NCBI GenBank assembly: GCA_036556505.1
Contig: DATBJH010000079.1
Location: 1,629-65,628 of the forward strand
Length of the DNA stretch: 64,000 bases
From: Gemmatimonadales bacterium
GTDB taxonomy: Bacteria; Gemmatimonadota; Gemmatimonadetes; Gemmatimonadales; GWC2-71-9
Direction: 5' to 3'
The notes below the pieces were generated by a model. It did not search any database. It was given only the letters and a program-made list of their open reading frames with translations, and was not told the DNA's origin. Numbering within the stretch: position 1 is the first letter of the stretch; every line of letters starts with the position of its first letter. Below, piece by piece: positions 24,744 through 34,531 of this stretch. A program made the translations under genes and the position numbers.

Positions 24744-25394
24744 ATGACATACGTGAACCGATCGACCCGGCTCCTCGCGTTCCTCCTGCTGAGTGCGCCC
24801 GCTGTCGCCGCCCAGACCGTGGCCGACAGCGGAACCTTCGTGGTGCGTCACGCCGGGGACACTGTCGCCACCGAGACGTTCTCTCGCGGGGAGACCTCCA
24901 TCCAGGGCACTCTCGCCCTCAACAACTTCAAGCACACGTTCCACCATTACAGCGCGGTAGTGGCGCCGGACGCCTCCGTGCCGATGATCGACATCGTGGT
25001 GCGTGAAGATGCGGACAGCGGGCGGATCAAGGCGAGACTGCTGCAGCGGGCCCGCGTGATCTTCAGAGAGGACAGCGCGGCGGTGGATGCGGTGATGGGA
25101 CAGGCGATCTCGACCCAGGTTCTGGGGACCCAGCCGGGCGCGATTCCCTACCTCAACATGTCGTTCGCCCTGCTGGAGCAGGCGGTGCGACGCTCCCGGG
25201 CCGGCGGCCGAAAGCAGGTGCCGTTCTTCAACATGTCAGGCGGTCAGACCGTGAGTGGGACACTGACGCCGGTGGGCAGCGACTCCCTTGCGCTGGCCAT
25301 CGGCGACGTCGTGTTCCGGCTCAAGGTGGATCCCGACGGCCGGGTGCTGGGTGGGTCCATTCCGACCCAGGACGTGCAGGTGGATCGGCATTGA
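24744..25394 (+). CDS. Secreted hypothetical protein
   Basis: Signal peptide MTYVNRSTRLLAFLLLSAPAVAAQ and non-shadow amino-acid composition. The 3-prime end overlaps the convergent GT2 gene by 74 nt. Confidence 0.55.
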   Translation: MTYVNRSTRLLAFLLLSAPAVAAQTVADSGTFVVRHAGDTVATETFSRGETSIQGTLALNNFKHTFHHYSAVVAPDASVPMIDIVVREDADSGRIKARLLQRARVIFREDSAAVDAVMGQAISTQVLGTQPGAIPYLNMSFALLEQAVRRSRAGGRKQVPFFNMSGGQTVSGTLTPVGSDSLALAIGDVVFRLKVDPDGRVLGGSIPTQDVQVDRH

Positions 25395-26535
25395 CCCCGG
25401 ATGGGCCATACGCTCGTCCTCTCCATACGACCCTGCGCCCTCCTCGCCACGCCGAGCGGGCCCCGATGCCGAGTGCGGTGAGCGCGCCCAACGGATAGAG
25501 CAGGCCGTACCAGGCCGGAATCCGCATTCCGAGACAGATCAGCATCCAGAAGAGTGCGGACAGCCCCGTGGCTGCAACCGCGGCCGCGCCCAGGCCGCGG
25601 TGCGCGCCCGCGAGCGCCCAAGCCGCCGGCGGAACCAGCCAGAAGGCGAACGAGACCATGAGCATGATCGGCACCAGCGCCTGGAGGAGCGGCTCCCCGG
25701 GGAACGAGCGCCGGCCGCCCAGATACATGTTCTTGGACCAGCCCTCCACGATCTCCGGCAGGCTCCGGTACATCCGGGTCTCCATCAGCCGCTCGGCGAA
25801 GGCGAAGTGGATCCGTTTTCCACTGCGGTGAAAGGCCTGCGCCAGCGCGAGATCCTCCGCCACCTCCCCACGCACAACCTCGTGGGTCCCGACTGCTACG
25901 TAGCTCGCTCTGGGGATCAGTATGAACTGGCCGTTGGCGATCACGTCACGCTGGCGCCGCGCACGGTTCACTCGAGCCGGGTGATATCGGAGCGCCAGCA
26001 GCAGCCAGATCTGCGGCATTACGACCCGCTCCCAGAACGTGACGCAGAGCTGTCGCGGGGCGACGGTCAGGATGTCCGCACCCTCGGCCCGCAGTGCGCC
26101 CACCGACCGGGAGATGAGCTCCGGCTGGTGCTTGGTGTCGGCGTCAGTGAAGAGCAGCAGCTCGCCTTTGGCAGCGCGGTAGCCCTGAAGGCAGGCCCAG
26201 GGCTTCCCGTACCATCCCGGAGGCAAAGGCTCGCCCGGCACCAGCCGCAGCCGCGGGTCCTCCGCCGCCAGTCGTGCCACGACCGCCGCGGTGTCGTCGG
26301 TGCTCCCGTCGTCCACCACCAGCAGCTCCAGCGGCCGATAGGTCGAGCCCAGCACCGAACGCACCACCGTCTGTATCGTGGCGGACTCATTGCGCGCGGG
26401 GATGATCACCGAGACCAAAGCGCCCTCGGCGAGCGGCGCGTGGGTGAGGTTCGGACGCGTGTTCGCCAGACGGGGCAGGCTCAGGAATGGCACGAGCCAG
26501 GGGAGTGCCGGCAGCAGGTCGGTCGCGGCGACCAC
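25321..26535 (-). CDS. Glycosyltransferase family 2, membrane-anchored
   Basis: VSVIIPARNESATI...LELLVVDDGSTDDT...FTDADT motifs (GT-A DxD), followed by C-terminal hydrophobic helices. Confidence 0.8.
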   Translation of the reverse strand: MVAATDLLPALPWLVPFLSLPRLANTRPNLTHAPLAEGALVSVIIPARNESATIQTVVRSVLGSTYRPLELLVVDDGSTDDTAAVVARLAAEDPRLRLVPGEPLPPGWYGKPWACLQGYRAAKGELLLFTDADTKHQPELISRSVGALRAEGADILTVAPRQLCVTFWERVVMPQIWLLLALRYHPARVNRARRQRDVIANGQFILIPRASYVAVGTHEVVRGEVAEDLALAQAFHRSGKRIHFAFAERLMETRMYRSLPEIVEGWSKNMYLGGRRSFPGEPLLQALVPIMLMVSFAFWLVPPAAWALAGAHRGLGAAAVAATGLSALFWMLICLGMRIPAWYGLLYPLGALTALGIGARSAWRGGRRVVWRGRAYGPSGVNADPPARPGSEWTHPAPGRRDPP

Positions 26536-26553
26536 GAAGGGTACGAGGTGTTG

Positions 26554-27195
26554 CTACTGTTGCTGCGGCTGCCTGACCAGGGAGTTGAGCTCCTGCTCCA
26601 GGACCTCCAGCTGGCGCTCGACCTCCGCGCGATCGTATTCGGCCCCGGCCGTGGGGACGCCGTTCTGGGCGAAGAGGGTCGCGACCAGCGCGTCGGTGTA
26701 GCCCACCACCGCCACGGCGATGCCTTTGTCGATCACCCGGTTGAGTCGGAGCATGATGGCCATGCCCTGCCGAGCGCGCATGGCAGCCAGCACCGGCGCC
26801 AGGTTGCGGGTCAGCAGCTCGCGGAGGAACTGAAGCTCCTCGACGACTTCGCCGGCGGCGAGGCCCCGCGCGGACGCGACCCTGCCGTAGTGCTCACACA
26901 CCCTGAACCAGATGGTGTTGACTTCGCGGCGGAGGGGCCCGACCATCTCGGAAACGACATCGAGCAGCAGCCGGAACTCCCGCTCAACCGTGGAGCGAGG
27001 TATCGTGGGGGCGGCGGTGATCCGGTCACCGAGCCAGTCGGCCCATTGGGTGACCATGGCGTCCCGCATTTCGACGATGACACGGCCGGCGGCGAGCAAC
27101 GCGGGCTGCGACGCGCGCACTACCAGTTCTCCCAGTGAAGGTGTCGGCAATCTAAGGCGGAGCAAGAATGCGGTCAAAAACGCCGATTCGCCCAC
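26554..27195 (-). CDS. Hypothetical helical protein (RsbR-N-like?)
   Basis: 213-aa ORF with coding-like composition and a coiled-coil C-terminus. The start is uncertain: the annotated start overlaps the divergent ldcA-like start by 28 nt. No motif recognised with confidence. Confidence 0.5.
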   Translation of the reverse strand: MGESAFLTAFLLRLRLPTPSLGELVVRASQPALLAAGRVIVEMRDAMVTQWADWLGDRITAAPTIPRSTVEREFRLLLDVVSEMVGPLRREVNTIWFRVCEHYGRVASARGLAAGEVVEELQFLRELLTRNLAPVLAAMRARQGMAIMLRLNRVIDKGIAVAVVGYTDALVATLFAQNGVPTAGAEYDRAEVERQLEVLEQELNSLVRQPQQQ

Positions 27196-28130
27196 CCAGG
27201 CTCGCGCGCGGCAGTCGCGTCGCGTTGGTCGCCCCGGCGGGGCCGCTGCTGGAGCGTGATGATCTAACCCGGGCCGAGGCGCTCTGCCGTGCGCTGGGTT
27301 ACCAGCCGCGGTTGGGCTCCAACACGGCCCAGCGCTATGGCTATTTCGCGGGAACCGATGAGCAGCGCCTTGCAGACCTCAACGGCGCCCTGCGGGATCC
27401 CGATGTCGATGCCGTCTGGTGCATTCGCGGCGGCTACGGCGTGACCAGAATTCTCGATCAAGTGGACTTCGCCGCACTGGCGGACCGGCCGCGACCGTTG
27501 ATCGGTTACTCCGACATTACGGCCGTGCTGGTCGCCGCCCTGCATCATGCCGGGGTAGTGACTTTTCATGCTCCGATGGCCCGGGTGGCCATGCCGCCGT
27601 TCTCCCGCTGGCATTTCGAGCGGGTGCTGGCCTCGGCCGAGCCCGCCGGACGCCTGGGGCGACTGCCCTCGCCGCCCGATGTGCTGCTGCCGAAGGAAAA
27701 CCGCATCATGACCCTTCGCGGCGGCGTTGCCGAGGGTCCTTTGCTGGGCGGGAATCTCTCGCTCATCCAGTGCCTGGTGGGCACACCGCATCTTCCGGAC
27801 GTAGACGGGGCCATCCTGTTTCTGGAGGACGTTGGGGAGGATCTCTACCGCGTGGACCGGATGCTGGCTCACCTGCGCATGGTCGGGGTGCTCGGGCGAC
27901 TCGCCGGCGTCGCCGTGGGTCGATTCACCGAGCTCAAGCGCGCCATGAGCGACGGCGCGCTCGGCTTCGACGAAGTGCTGGCGACCTACCTCCTGCCGCT
28001 CGGCATCCCGGTGGCCGCCGGGTTTCCGGTGGGCCATATCGATGACCAGTGGACGCTCCCGCTGGGCGTGCGCGCCCGGCTCGACGCCGATGCCGGCGAA
28101 CTGGAGCTGCTGGAGCCGGCGGTGGAGTAA
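27168..28130 (+). CDS. LD-carboxypeptidase (peptidase S66)
   Basis: GSRVALVAPAGP...YFAGTDEQRLADLNGALRDPDVDAVWCIRGGYG...GYSDITA...GHIDDQW, matching the S66 Ser-His-Glu family layout. Confidence 0.85.
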   Translation: MRSKTPIRPPRLARGSRVALVAPAGPLLERDDLTRAEALCRALGYQPRLGSNTAQRYGYFAGTDEQRLADLNGALRDPDVDAVWCIRGGYGVTRILDQVDFAALADRPRPLIGYSDITAVLVAALHHAGVVTFHAPMARVAMPPFSRWHFERVLASAEPAGRLGRLPSPPDVLLPKENRIMTLRGGVAEGPLLGGNLSLIQCLVGTPHLPDVDGAILFLEDVGEDLYRVDRMLAHLRMVGVLGRLAGVAVGRFTELKRAMSDGALGFDEVLATYLLPLGIPVAAGFPVGHIDDQWTLPLGVRARLDADAGELELLEPAVE

Positions 28131-28165
28131 GAGTTATCGGTTATCAGCTATCGGTTATCGGCTGG
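28131..28165. repeat. Tandem-heptamer array, type B (GTTATCG x4)
   Basis: GAGTTATCG GTTATCA GCTATCG GTTATCG GCTGG immediately after the ldcA-like stop. Degenerate complementary units (CCGATAG, CCGATAC, CTGATAC, CTGCTAG) lie at 28264-28333. Confidence 0.6.
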
Positions 28166-28340
28166 CTACGGACTTGGGTCAGGGCCGCGCGGATGGACGG
28201 GCGGGAGCCTATTATGCAGGGAGACCGGCGCACCAGCTCGTGCGCCTCTTGCCACGAACGAAGCCACCGATAGTCTCCCAAACCCGATACTCCACCATGG
28301 CATCGTCGTCTACCCTGATACCTGCTAGCTGACCCATTTC

Positions 28341-29189
28341 ATGGCCACACCCACCATCTCATCCCACCAGCTCCCCGGCACCCTGGGCGAGCTCCTGATC
28401 GATGTCCGCGCCGGGGGCCGCGAATCGCCCCGTCCGGCCATCGTCGTGGTTCACGGCTGGAAGGGGTTCAAGAACTGGGGAATGTTCCCGCCGCTGGCCG
28501 AGCGGTTGGCCCGAGCCGGCTTCGCGACGATCACGTTCAACCTGAGCGGCAGCGGCGTGGACGACCGGGGCGAGCTGGTGTGGCCCGACCGGTTCGGGCG
28601 CGACACCTTCACCGCTGAGCTGCAGGATGTGGCCACGGTCATGGATGCCCTCGCCCGGGGTGCCCTCGGCGTCGTACCGCCATCGTCGATCGGACTGGTC
28701 GGCCACTCGCGAGGTGGGGGCGTTGCCGTGCTGCAGGCGGCGACCGATCCGCGAGTGCGTGCGCTGGTCACCTGGTCCGCCATCTCCAGCGTCGAGCGTT
28801 GGTCGCCGCATGCGGTGGCCGAGTGGCGCGAGAACGGGGCGATGGAGGTGGTGAACGCGCGCACCGGCCAGCGGCTCCAGCTCACGACCGACATCCTGGA
28901 CGACGTGGAGCGCAACGCCGCCGGCTCCCTCGACATCCTCGGCGCTGCCAACCGGGTCGGGGTACCGTGGCTGATCATCCATGGCAGCGAGGACGAGACC
29001 GTCTCCCCCAAGGAGGCCGAGGCGCTGCGTGCGGCCAGCCCGCTGACTGCGACCCGGCTGCTCGCGGTGGAAGGAGCGGGGCATACCTTCGGCGCGGGAC
29101 ATCCCTGGAACCCGCAGGTGCACGACACACCGGCACTCCGCCGGGTGTTCGACATGACGCTGGCCTGGTTTGCCGCGCATCTGGGGTGA
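28341..29189 (+). CDS. Alpha/beta hydrolase
   Basis: VVVHGWKGF..., nucleophile elbow GHSRGG, and C-terminal IIHGSEDETV...GAGHTF. Confidence 0.8.
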   Translation: MATPTISSHQLPGTLGELLIDVRAGGRESPRPAIVVVHGWKGFKNWGMFPPLAERLARAGFATITFNLSGSGVDDRGELVWPDRFGRDTFTAELQDVATVMDALARGALGVVPPSSIGLVGHSRGGGVAVLQAATDPRVRALVTWSAISSVERWSPHAVAEWRENGAMEVVNARTGQRLQLTTDILDDVERNAAGSLDILGAANRVGVPWLIIHGSEDETVSPKEAEALRAASPLTATRLLAVEGAGHTFGAGHPWNPQVHDTPALRRVFDMTLAWFAAHLG

Positions 29190-29238
29190 CCGTGCTCCCT
29201 CTCTTGACCGGGTAGCCCGGAACGGCGAATCTCCCCCC

Positions 29239-29466
29239 ATGCCCATCTACACCTATCGCTGCAACGCCTGTGACGCCGAGTTCGACCAGCTCGTCCGGGG
29301 CGACACGCGGGTCGCCTGTCCCCAGTGCAAGGGGCGCAAGCTCGAGCGGCTCATGTCCCTGACCGCGCGGCCGGCCACGGGCGGAAAGCAGCCGGATGTG
29401 AGTCGCCTCGGACCGCCGGCCGGTGGCGGGTGCTGCGGCGGCAGTTGCCACAACCACAGCCACTGA
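29239..29466 (+). CDS. FmdB-family zinc-ribbon protein
   Basis: MPIYTYRCNACDAEFDQLV...VACPQCKG (CxxC...CxxC), with a Gly/Cys-rich tail. Confidence 0.8.
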   Translation: MPIYTYRCNACDAEFDQLVRGDTRVACPQCKGRKLERLMSLTARPATGGKQPDVSRLGPPAGGGCCGGSCHNHSH

Positions 29467-30035
29467 CCACCAGGCTCCACCGCCTTCGCGATCGGCTCGC
29501 CGCCCACCGGCCGCTGGTCGACGATCGGGGCGATCCGCTCATCTGGGCCGCGGTCGCCGTCATCCTCGCGCCCGATCCCGACGCGCTCCTGCTCATTCGC
29601 CGTGCCGAGCGACTGGGAGATCCGTGGTCGGGTCACATGGCCCTGCCGGGTGGCCGGCAGGATCCCACAGAGCCGGACCTCTTGGCCACCGCGGTGCGCG
29701 AAACCACCGAGGAGGTCGGTCTCACCCTCGGCCGTCGAGACCTGATCGGAACGCTCGATGATGTCGTGCCCCGGACCCCCGTTCTCCCACCCATCGCTGT
29801 CCGGCCCCACGTTTTCGCCTTGGACCATCGACCCTCGCTGACCCTCAATCCCGAGGTGGCGGCGGCACGGTGGGTTCCCCTCGACCTTCTCCTCGACCCC
29901 GAGATCTACAGCTCGATTCGGCTGGACATCCGGGGCGAGAGCCGGGTGTTCCCCGCCTACCAGCTGGATGACTCGGTCGTGTGGGGCATGACCGAGCGCA
30001 TCATTTCCAGCCTCCTGCTCCACCTGAAGGACTAG
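29430..30035 (+). CDS. NUDIX hydrolase (CoA pyrophosphatase-like)
   Basis: Nudix box LPGGRQDPTEPDLLATAVRETTEEVGL. The start is uncertain: GTG at 29430 or CTG at 29463, with no in-frame ATG near the domain start. Confidence 0.7.
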   Translation: MLRRQLPQPQPLTTRLHRLRDRLAAHRPLVDDRGDPLIWAAVAVILAPDPDALLLIRRAERLGDPWSGHMALPGGRQDPTEPDLLATAVRETTEEVGLTLGRRDLIGTLDDVVPRTPVLPPIAVRPHVFALDHRPSLTLNPEVAAARWVPLDLLLDPEIYSSIRLDIRGESRVFPAYQLDDSVVWGMTERIISSLLLHLKD

Positions 30036-30037
30036 CC

Positions 30038-30095
30038 TAGGGCTGCCTAATCTTGACGTGAGACCGGGCTTACCTCATATTTAGGCAAACCTAAA
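30038..30095 (+). promoter_or_regulatory. Promoter region with two DtxR/IdeR-like inverted repeats
   Basis: TAGG-GCTG-CCTA (30038-30049), TTGACG (30053-30058), and a perfect TTTAGG-CAAA-CCTAAA palindrome (30080-30095) 12 nt before the ATG of the DtxR-family gene. Confidence 0.5.
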
Positions 30096-30107
30096 CTATG
30101 GTTTCGT

Positions 30108-30794
30108 ATGAACGCAGCCCTGCAGCAGGACACACTCACCCGGTCAGTGGAAGACTACCTCAAAGCCATCTATAGGCTTTCTCCCCAGGGGCGGCCGGCC
30201 GCCACCAGTGAGATCGCCCAGCGGCTGGAGCTTTCTCCGGCCTCGGTGAGCGGGATGGTGAAGCGCCTCTCCGAGCAGGGTCTGCTGGAGCACATCCCCT
30301 ACAAAGGGGTCCAGCTCACCCCGGACGGGCGGCGCGCCGCGCTTCGAATGCTCCGCCGCCATCGGCTGATCGAGGCCTACCTGGTCGCCTTCCTCGGCTA
30401 CACCTGGGACACCGTGCACGAGGAAGCCGAGCGGCTCGAGCACGCGGTGTCCGACACGCTGGTGGAGCGCATGGCCAGCGTGCTCGGCCATCCCACGGTG
30501 GACCCGCACGGCGACCCCATTCCCACTTCAGAGGGTGACATCCTCGAGCTCGCCAGCACGCCGCTGGCCGAGGTGCCGGCCGGCGCCACCGTGGAGATCC
30601 GCCAGGTGGAGGAGGATCAGCCCGACCGGCTTCGGTACATAGCCTCCATCGGGCTGCGCCCCGGGGTGCAGGTCACCGTCGTCGATCGCCAGCCGTTCCA
30701 GGGCCCTATCACCGTTTCGGTGGAGGGCCGGCCTCACGTCATCGGCCACGAGCTCGCGCAGGTCGTGCGTTGCGCGGCGGACGAGCAGGCATGA
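30108..30794 (+). CDS. DtxR/MntR-family metal-dependent transcriptional regulator with a C-terminal FeoA/SH3-like domain
   Basis: VEDYLKAIY...[21 protein letters not shown]..., dimerisation and metal-site region (HRLIEAYL...EEAERLEH), and an SH3-like tail. Confidence 0.9.
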   Translation: MNAALQQDTLTRSVEDYLKAIYRLSPQGRPAATSEIAQRLELSPASVSGMVKRLSEQGLLEHIPYKGVQLTPDGRRAALRMLRRHRLIEAYLVAFLGYTWDTVHEEAERLEHAVSDTLVERMASVLGHPTVDPHGDPIPTSEGDILELASTPLAEVPAGATVEIRQVEEDQPDRLRYIASIGLRPGVQVTVVDRQPFQGPITVSVEGRPHVIGHELAQVVRCAADEQA

Positions 30795-32146
30795 GCGCCT
30801 CCACGCCTCCACTCGACGTCCTGACCGGCTGGCGCTACCCGCGCACTCAGCCGAGCCTGCCGGAGTCCAATGCCTCCGTACGGGTGCCTCGCACCGGTCC
30901 GCTGTGGCGCAAGGCGCTGGCCTTTGCCGGGCCGGGCTACATGGTGGCCGTGGGGTACATGGACCCTGGTAACTGGGCCACGGATCTCGCCGGAGGCGCC
31001 CGGTTCGGCTACGCGCTGCTCAGCGTGATCCTGATCTCGAACCTCATGGCGATCCTGCTTCAGTCCCTCGCTCTCAAGCTCGGCATCGTCACCGGGCGGG
31101 ACCTCGCCCAGGCCTGTCGCGATCACTACTCGCGCCCGGTGAGCTTCGTGCTCTGGGTGCTGTGCGAGATCGCGATCGCCGCGTGCGACCTGGCGGAGGT
31201 CATCGGCGCGGCCATCGCGCTCAACCTGCTGTTCGGCATTCCGCTCGTCTGGGGCGTGGTGCTGACGGCGTTCGACGTCCTCCTGATCCTGCTGCTGCAG
31301 AACAAGGGCTTCCGCTGGCTGGAAGCCTTCGTGATCGCGCTGATCGCGTCGATCGGCGTGTGCTTCGCGATCGAGCTGGCGATGGCGCAGCCGGCCCTGG
31401 CCGAGGTGGCGCGCGGCCTGGTTCCGACCACGGAGATCGTCAGCAACCCGGTCATGCTGTACATCGCGATCGGCATCCTGGGCGCGACGGTGATGCCCCA
31501 CAACCTGTACCTGCACTCCTCGATCGTGCAGACCCGTCGCGTGGCGCCCGACCCGGCCTCCAAGCGGGAGGCCATCCGCTTCGCCACGCTGGACTCCACC
31601 GTGGCGCTGCTCTTCGCGTTCTTCATCAACGCGGCGATCCTGGTGCTGGCCGCGGCGACCTTCCATCAGACCGGTCACCAGAGTGTGGCCGACATCAACG
31701 ATGCCTACCACCTGCTCACGCCGCTGCTGGGCACGACGGCGGCGAGCACGCTGTTCGCGGTGGCGCTCCTCGCGGCAGGCCAGAATTCGACCATCACCGG
31801 CACGCTGGCGGGGCAGATCGTGATGGAGGGCTTTCTGGACATCCGACTGCCCGCCTGGCTCCGTCGGCTCATCACCAGGCTCATCGCGATCATCCCGGCG
31901 GTGATCGTGACCGCTCTTTACGGCGAGCGCGGTGCGGGCGGCCTGCTGATCCTGAGCCAGGTCATCCTGAGCCTCCAGCTCTCCTTCGCCGTGGTCCCGC
32001 TGGTCCGGTTCACCGGCGAGCGACGCAAGATGGGCGTGTTCGCCAACGGCCGGCCGCTCGCGGCCGTGGCGTGGTCGGTGGCGGTGGTGATCGTGGGACT
32101 CAATGCCTGGCTGTTGATCGGCACGGCCCGGGCGTGGCTGGGATAA
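30791..32146 (+). CDS. mntH: Nramp-family divalent metal (Mn2+/Fe2+) transporter
   Basis: [23 protein letters not shown] (Nramp DPGN motif), [13 protein letters not shown] overlap with the regulator stop. Confidence 0.9.
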   Translation: MSASTPPLDVLTGWRYPRTQPSLPESNASVRVPRTGPLWRKALAFAGPGYMVAVGYMDPGNWATDLAGGARFGYALLSVILISNLMAILLQSLALKLGIVTGRDLAQACRDHYSRPVSFVLWVLCEIAIAACDLAEVIGAAIALNLLFGIPLVWGVVLTAFDVLLILLLQNKGFRWLEAFVIALIASIGVCFAIELAMAQPALAEVARGLVPTTEIVSNPVMLYIAIGILGATVMPHNLYLHSSIVQTRRVAPDPASKREAIRFATLDSTVALLFAFFINAAILVLAAATFHQTGHQSVADINDAYHLLTPLLGTTAASTLFAVALLAAGQNSTITGTLAGQIVMEGFLDIRLPAWLRRLITRLIAIIPAVIVTALYGERGAGGLLILSQVILSLQLSFAVVPLVRFTGERRKMGVFANGRPLAAVAWSVAVVIVGLNAWLLIGTARAWLG

Positions 32147-32168
32147 CACTCGAGGAAGGCAGCACCCT

Positions 32169-33185
32169 ATGACCAACCGTAAGCTCTCGCGTCGCGACGC
32201 CCTCCGTGCGGGCGCCCTCGGTACCGTGGGCCTGGCCGCGGGGGCCGGTGGCCTCTCGCTACCGGCGCTGGGACAGGGTCCCGCCGCCCAGGATACGACC
32301 CGGGGCTCGCATCACGACATGATGACGGTGGGGCAGCTGGCGCCGGGCTCGTTCGACCCGACCGGCTTCCTCGCCCGGTTCGACGCCGGCGAAGTGAGCC
32401 GGCTGTCGTCGGGCCAGGTGCTGCGCGAGTACGAGCTGGTGGCGGAGGACCGGGAGATCGAGGTGGCCCCCGGGGTGTTCTACCCGGCGTGGACCTATAA
32501 CGGGCAGGTGCCCGGCCCCACCATCCGCTGCACCGAGGGCGACCGGCTCCGGATCCGGTTCACCAACAAGGGCCGCCACGCGCACAGCATCCACTTTCAC
32601 GGGATCCACCCCGCGAACATGGACGGGGCCTTCGAGCCGGTGCATCCCGGGCGCAGCTTCGTCTACGAGTTCGACGCCGAGCCCTTCGGGCTGCACCTGT
32701 ACCACTGCCACACCGTCCCAATCAAGCGCCACATCCACAAGGGACTCTACGGCGCCTTCATCGTGGACCCGCGCGAGGGCCGTCCGCCTGCCAACGAGAT
32801 GGTCATGGTGATGAACGCGTTCGACACCAACTTCGACAACGAGAACGAGGTGTACGCGGTCAACACCGTCGCCTTCCACTACCAGAAGCACCCCATCCGG
32901 ATTCGCCGGCACGAGCTCAACCGGGTCTATCTGGTGAACGTCACGGAGTTCGATCTCCTGAACTCCTTCCACATCCACGGCAACCTGTACCGGCTCTACC
33001 GCACCGGGACGGATCTCCAGCGCTTCGAGTACACCGACATGGTCGCGCTGGCCCAGGGAGAGCGTGCGATCCTGGAGTTCACCTACAAGCATACCGGCCC
33101 GTTCATGTTCCATGCCCACCAGAGCGAGTTCGCCGAGCTGGGCTGGACCGGCGTGTTCCTGGTGCAGGAGGCGCTCCATGCCTGA
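32169..33185 (+). CDS. Tat-exported multicopper oxidase-domain protein
   Basis: Twin-arginine signal SRRDALRAG. Copper ligand clusters HSIHFHGIH, YHCH...H, HIHGN, FHAHQSEF. Confidence 0.8.
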   Translation: MTNRKLSRRDALRAGALGTVGLAAGAGGLSLPALGQGPAAQDTTRGSHHDMMTVGQLAPGSFDPTGFLARFDAGEVSRLSSGQVLREYELVAEDREIEVAPGVFYPAWTYNGQVPGPTIRCTEGDRLRIRFTNKGRHAHSIHFHGIHPANMDGAFEPVHPGRSFVYEFDAEPFGLHLYHCHTVPIKRHIHKGLYGAFIVDPREGRPPANEMVMVMNAFDTNFDNENEVYAVNTVAFHYQKHPIRIRRHELNRVYLVNVTEFDLLNSFHIHGNLYRLYRTGTDLQRFEYTDMVALAQGERAILEFTYKHTGPFMFHAHQSEFAELGWTGVFLVQEALHA

Positions 33186-34413
33186 GCTTGGCACTCCGCC
33201 GGCGATCGGCCGCGAACCGGCCCCGCCGCTCGCACCCGTGCCCCCACGGCGGGACGGGCTGCCGCTCTGGTTCACCGGCCTCGGGCCGCTGGTGCTGCTG
33301 GCCGCGCTGGTGCTGGCCTTCCTGCGCTTCGGTCCTGTCGGGGTGTTTCGGGCGGTGTTCCCACCGGTGGAGGAGCTGACCGTCGAGCGGATCCGGCTGC
33401 CCGCGCCCGGGGTGATGGAGGTGAGCGTGGTCAACGGCGGGCCCGAGGCGGTGACCATCGCTCAGGTGATGGTGGACGACGCCAACTGGGTCCACAGCGT
33501 GGACGGGAGCCGCAGGGTGGAGCGACTCGAGCGCCGAACGGTGCGGATTCCCTATCCCTGGGTGGAAGGCGAGCCGCACACGGTCACGGTCGTCACCAAT
33601 ACTGGCCTGACTTTCTCGGCCGACGTCGCCGTGGCCACCCAGTCGCCTCCGGTGGACGCACGCTATCTCGGGACCTTCGCTCTGCTGGGGATCTATGCCG
33701 GCGTAATCCCGGTGTTCATCGGGCTGCTCTGGCTGCCGTTCGTGCGGTCCGTGGACCGGAAGTGGATCGATTTCTTCCTCAGCCTCACGCTGGGCCTGCT
33801 GGTGTTCCTGGGGGTGGACGCGCTGGAGGAGGCGCTGGAAACCTCGGCCTCCGTGGCCGGCGCCTATCAGGGGACTGCGCTGGTCGTCCTCGGCCTGCTC
33901 GGCACCCCGCTCGTCATCGGGGCGATCGGCGAATGGCGCGCGCGGGTGAAAGGCGCCCGCTCACCGCTCTGGGTCGCCGCGCTGATCGCCTTCGGCATCG
34001 GGCTGCACAACCTCGGCGAAGGACTCGCGATCGGCACGTCCTACGCCACCGGCGAGATCGCGCTCGGCACCTTCCTGGTGGTGGGCTTCCTGCTCCACAA
34101 CACGACCGAGGGCCTCGGCATCGTGACGCCGCTCGCCGGCGAGCGCCCTCGCCTCCCGACGCTCGTCATCCTCGGGGCGGTCGCCGGTCTGCCCACCGTG
34201 GCCGGCGCCTGGATCGGAGGATTCACCTATTCCCCGGTGTGGACCACGATCTTTTTCGCCGTGGGCGCAGGGGCGATCGCGGTGGTGGTCTTCGAGCTGT
34301 GGAAGCTCTTCGCCCGCCGCACGCCGGCCGGGCTGCTCGCGCCGCTCAACGCGGCCGGCGTCCTGGCGGGCATGCTGATCATGTACGCGACCGGGCTGCT
34401 GGTGACGGCCTGA
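33178..34413 (+). CDS. ZIP-family metal transporter with an extended N-terminal extracytoplasmic domain
   Basis: ORF trimmed to the ATG at 33178 (ATGCCTGA overlap with the MCO stop). ZIP motifs GLHNLGEGLAIG and LLHNTTEGLGI. Confidence 0.8.
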   Translation: MPELGTPPAIGREPAPPLAPVPPRRDGLPLWFTGLGPLVLLAALVLAFLRFGPVGVFRAVFPPVEELTVERIRLPAPGVMEVSVVNGGPEAVTIAQVMVDDANWVHSVDGSRRVERLERRTVRIPYPWVEGEPHTVTVVTNTGLTFSADVAVATQSPPVDARYLGTFALLGIYAGVIPVFIGLLWLPFVRSVDRKWIDFFLSLTLGLLVFLGVDALEEALETSASVAGAYQGTALVVLGLLGTPLVIGAIGEWRARVKGARSPLWVAALIAFGIGLHNLGEGLAIGTSYATGEIALGTFLVVGFLLHNTTEGLGIVTPLAGERPRLPTLVILGAVAGLPTVAGAWIGGFTYSPVWTTIFFAVGAGAIAVVVFELWKLFARRTPAGLLAPLNAAGVLAGMLIMYATGLLVTA

Positions 34414-34428
34414 ACCCCTTCGATTGGC

Positions 34429-34531
34429 GTGAAGAGTGAAAAGTGACCGGTGAAACGGAGCGCGAATGAGCGGCACGGCACAAGCGTGGTTGGCCCTGGC
34501 GCCTCTTCACATTTCACTTTTCACTGCTCAC
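34429..34531. repeat. Tandem-heptamer palindromic element, type A
   Basis: Left arm GTGAAGA GTGAAAA GTGACCG GTGAAAC. Right arm TCTTCAC ATTTCAC TTTTCAC TGCTCAC. The spacer contains the ATG at 34466. Confidence 0.55.

Noticed and set aside
24744-25394. 74-nt convergent overlap between the secreted hypothetical protein and the GT2 gene, considered as a possible annotation or frameshift artefact.
   Set aside because: Neither frame has an earlier stop and there is no evidence of a frameshift. Convergent 3-prime overlaps occur in compact GC-rich genomes. It is not informative enough to list as a finding.
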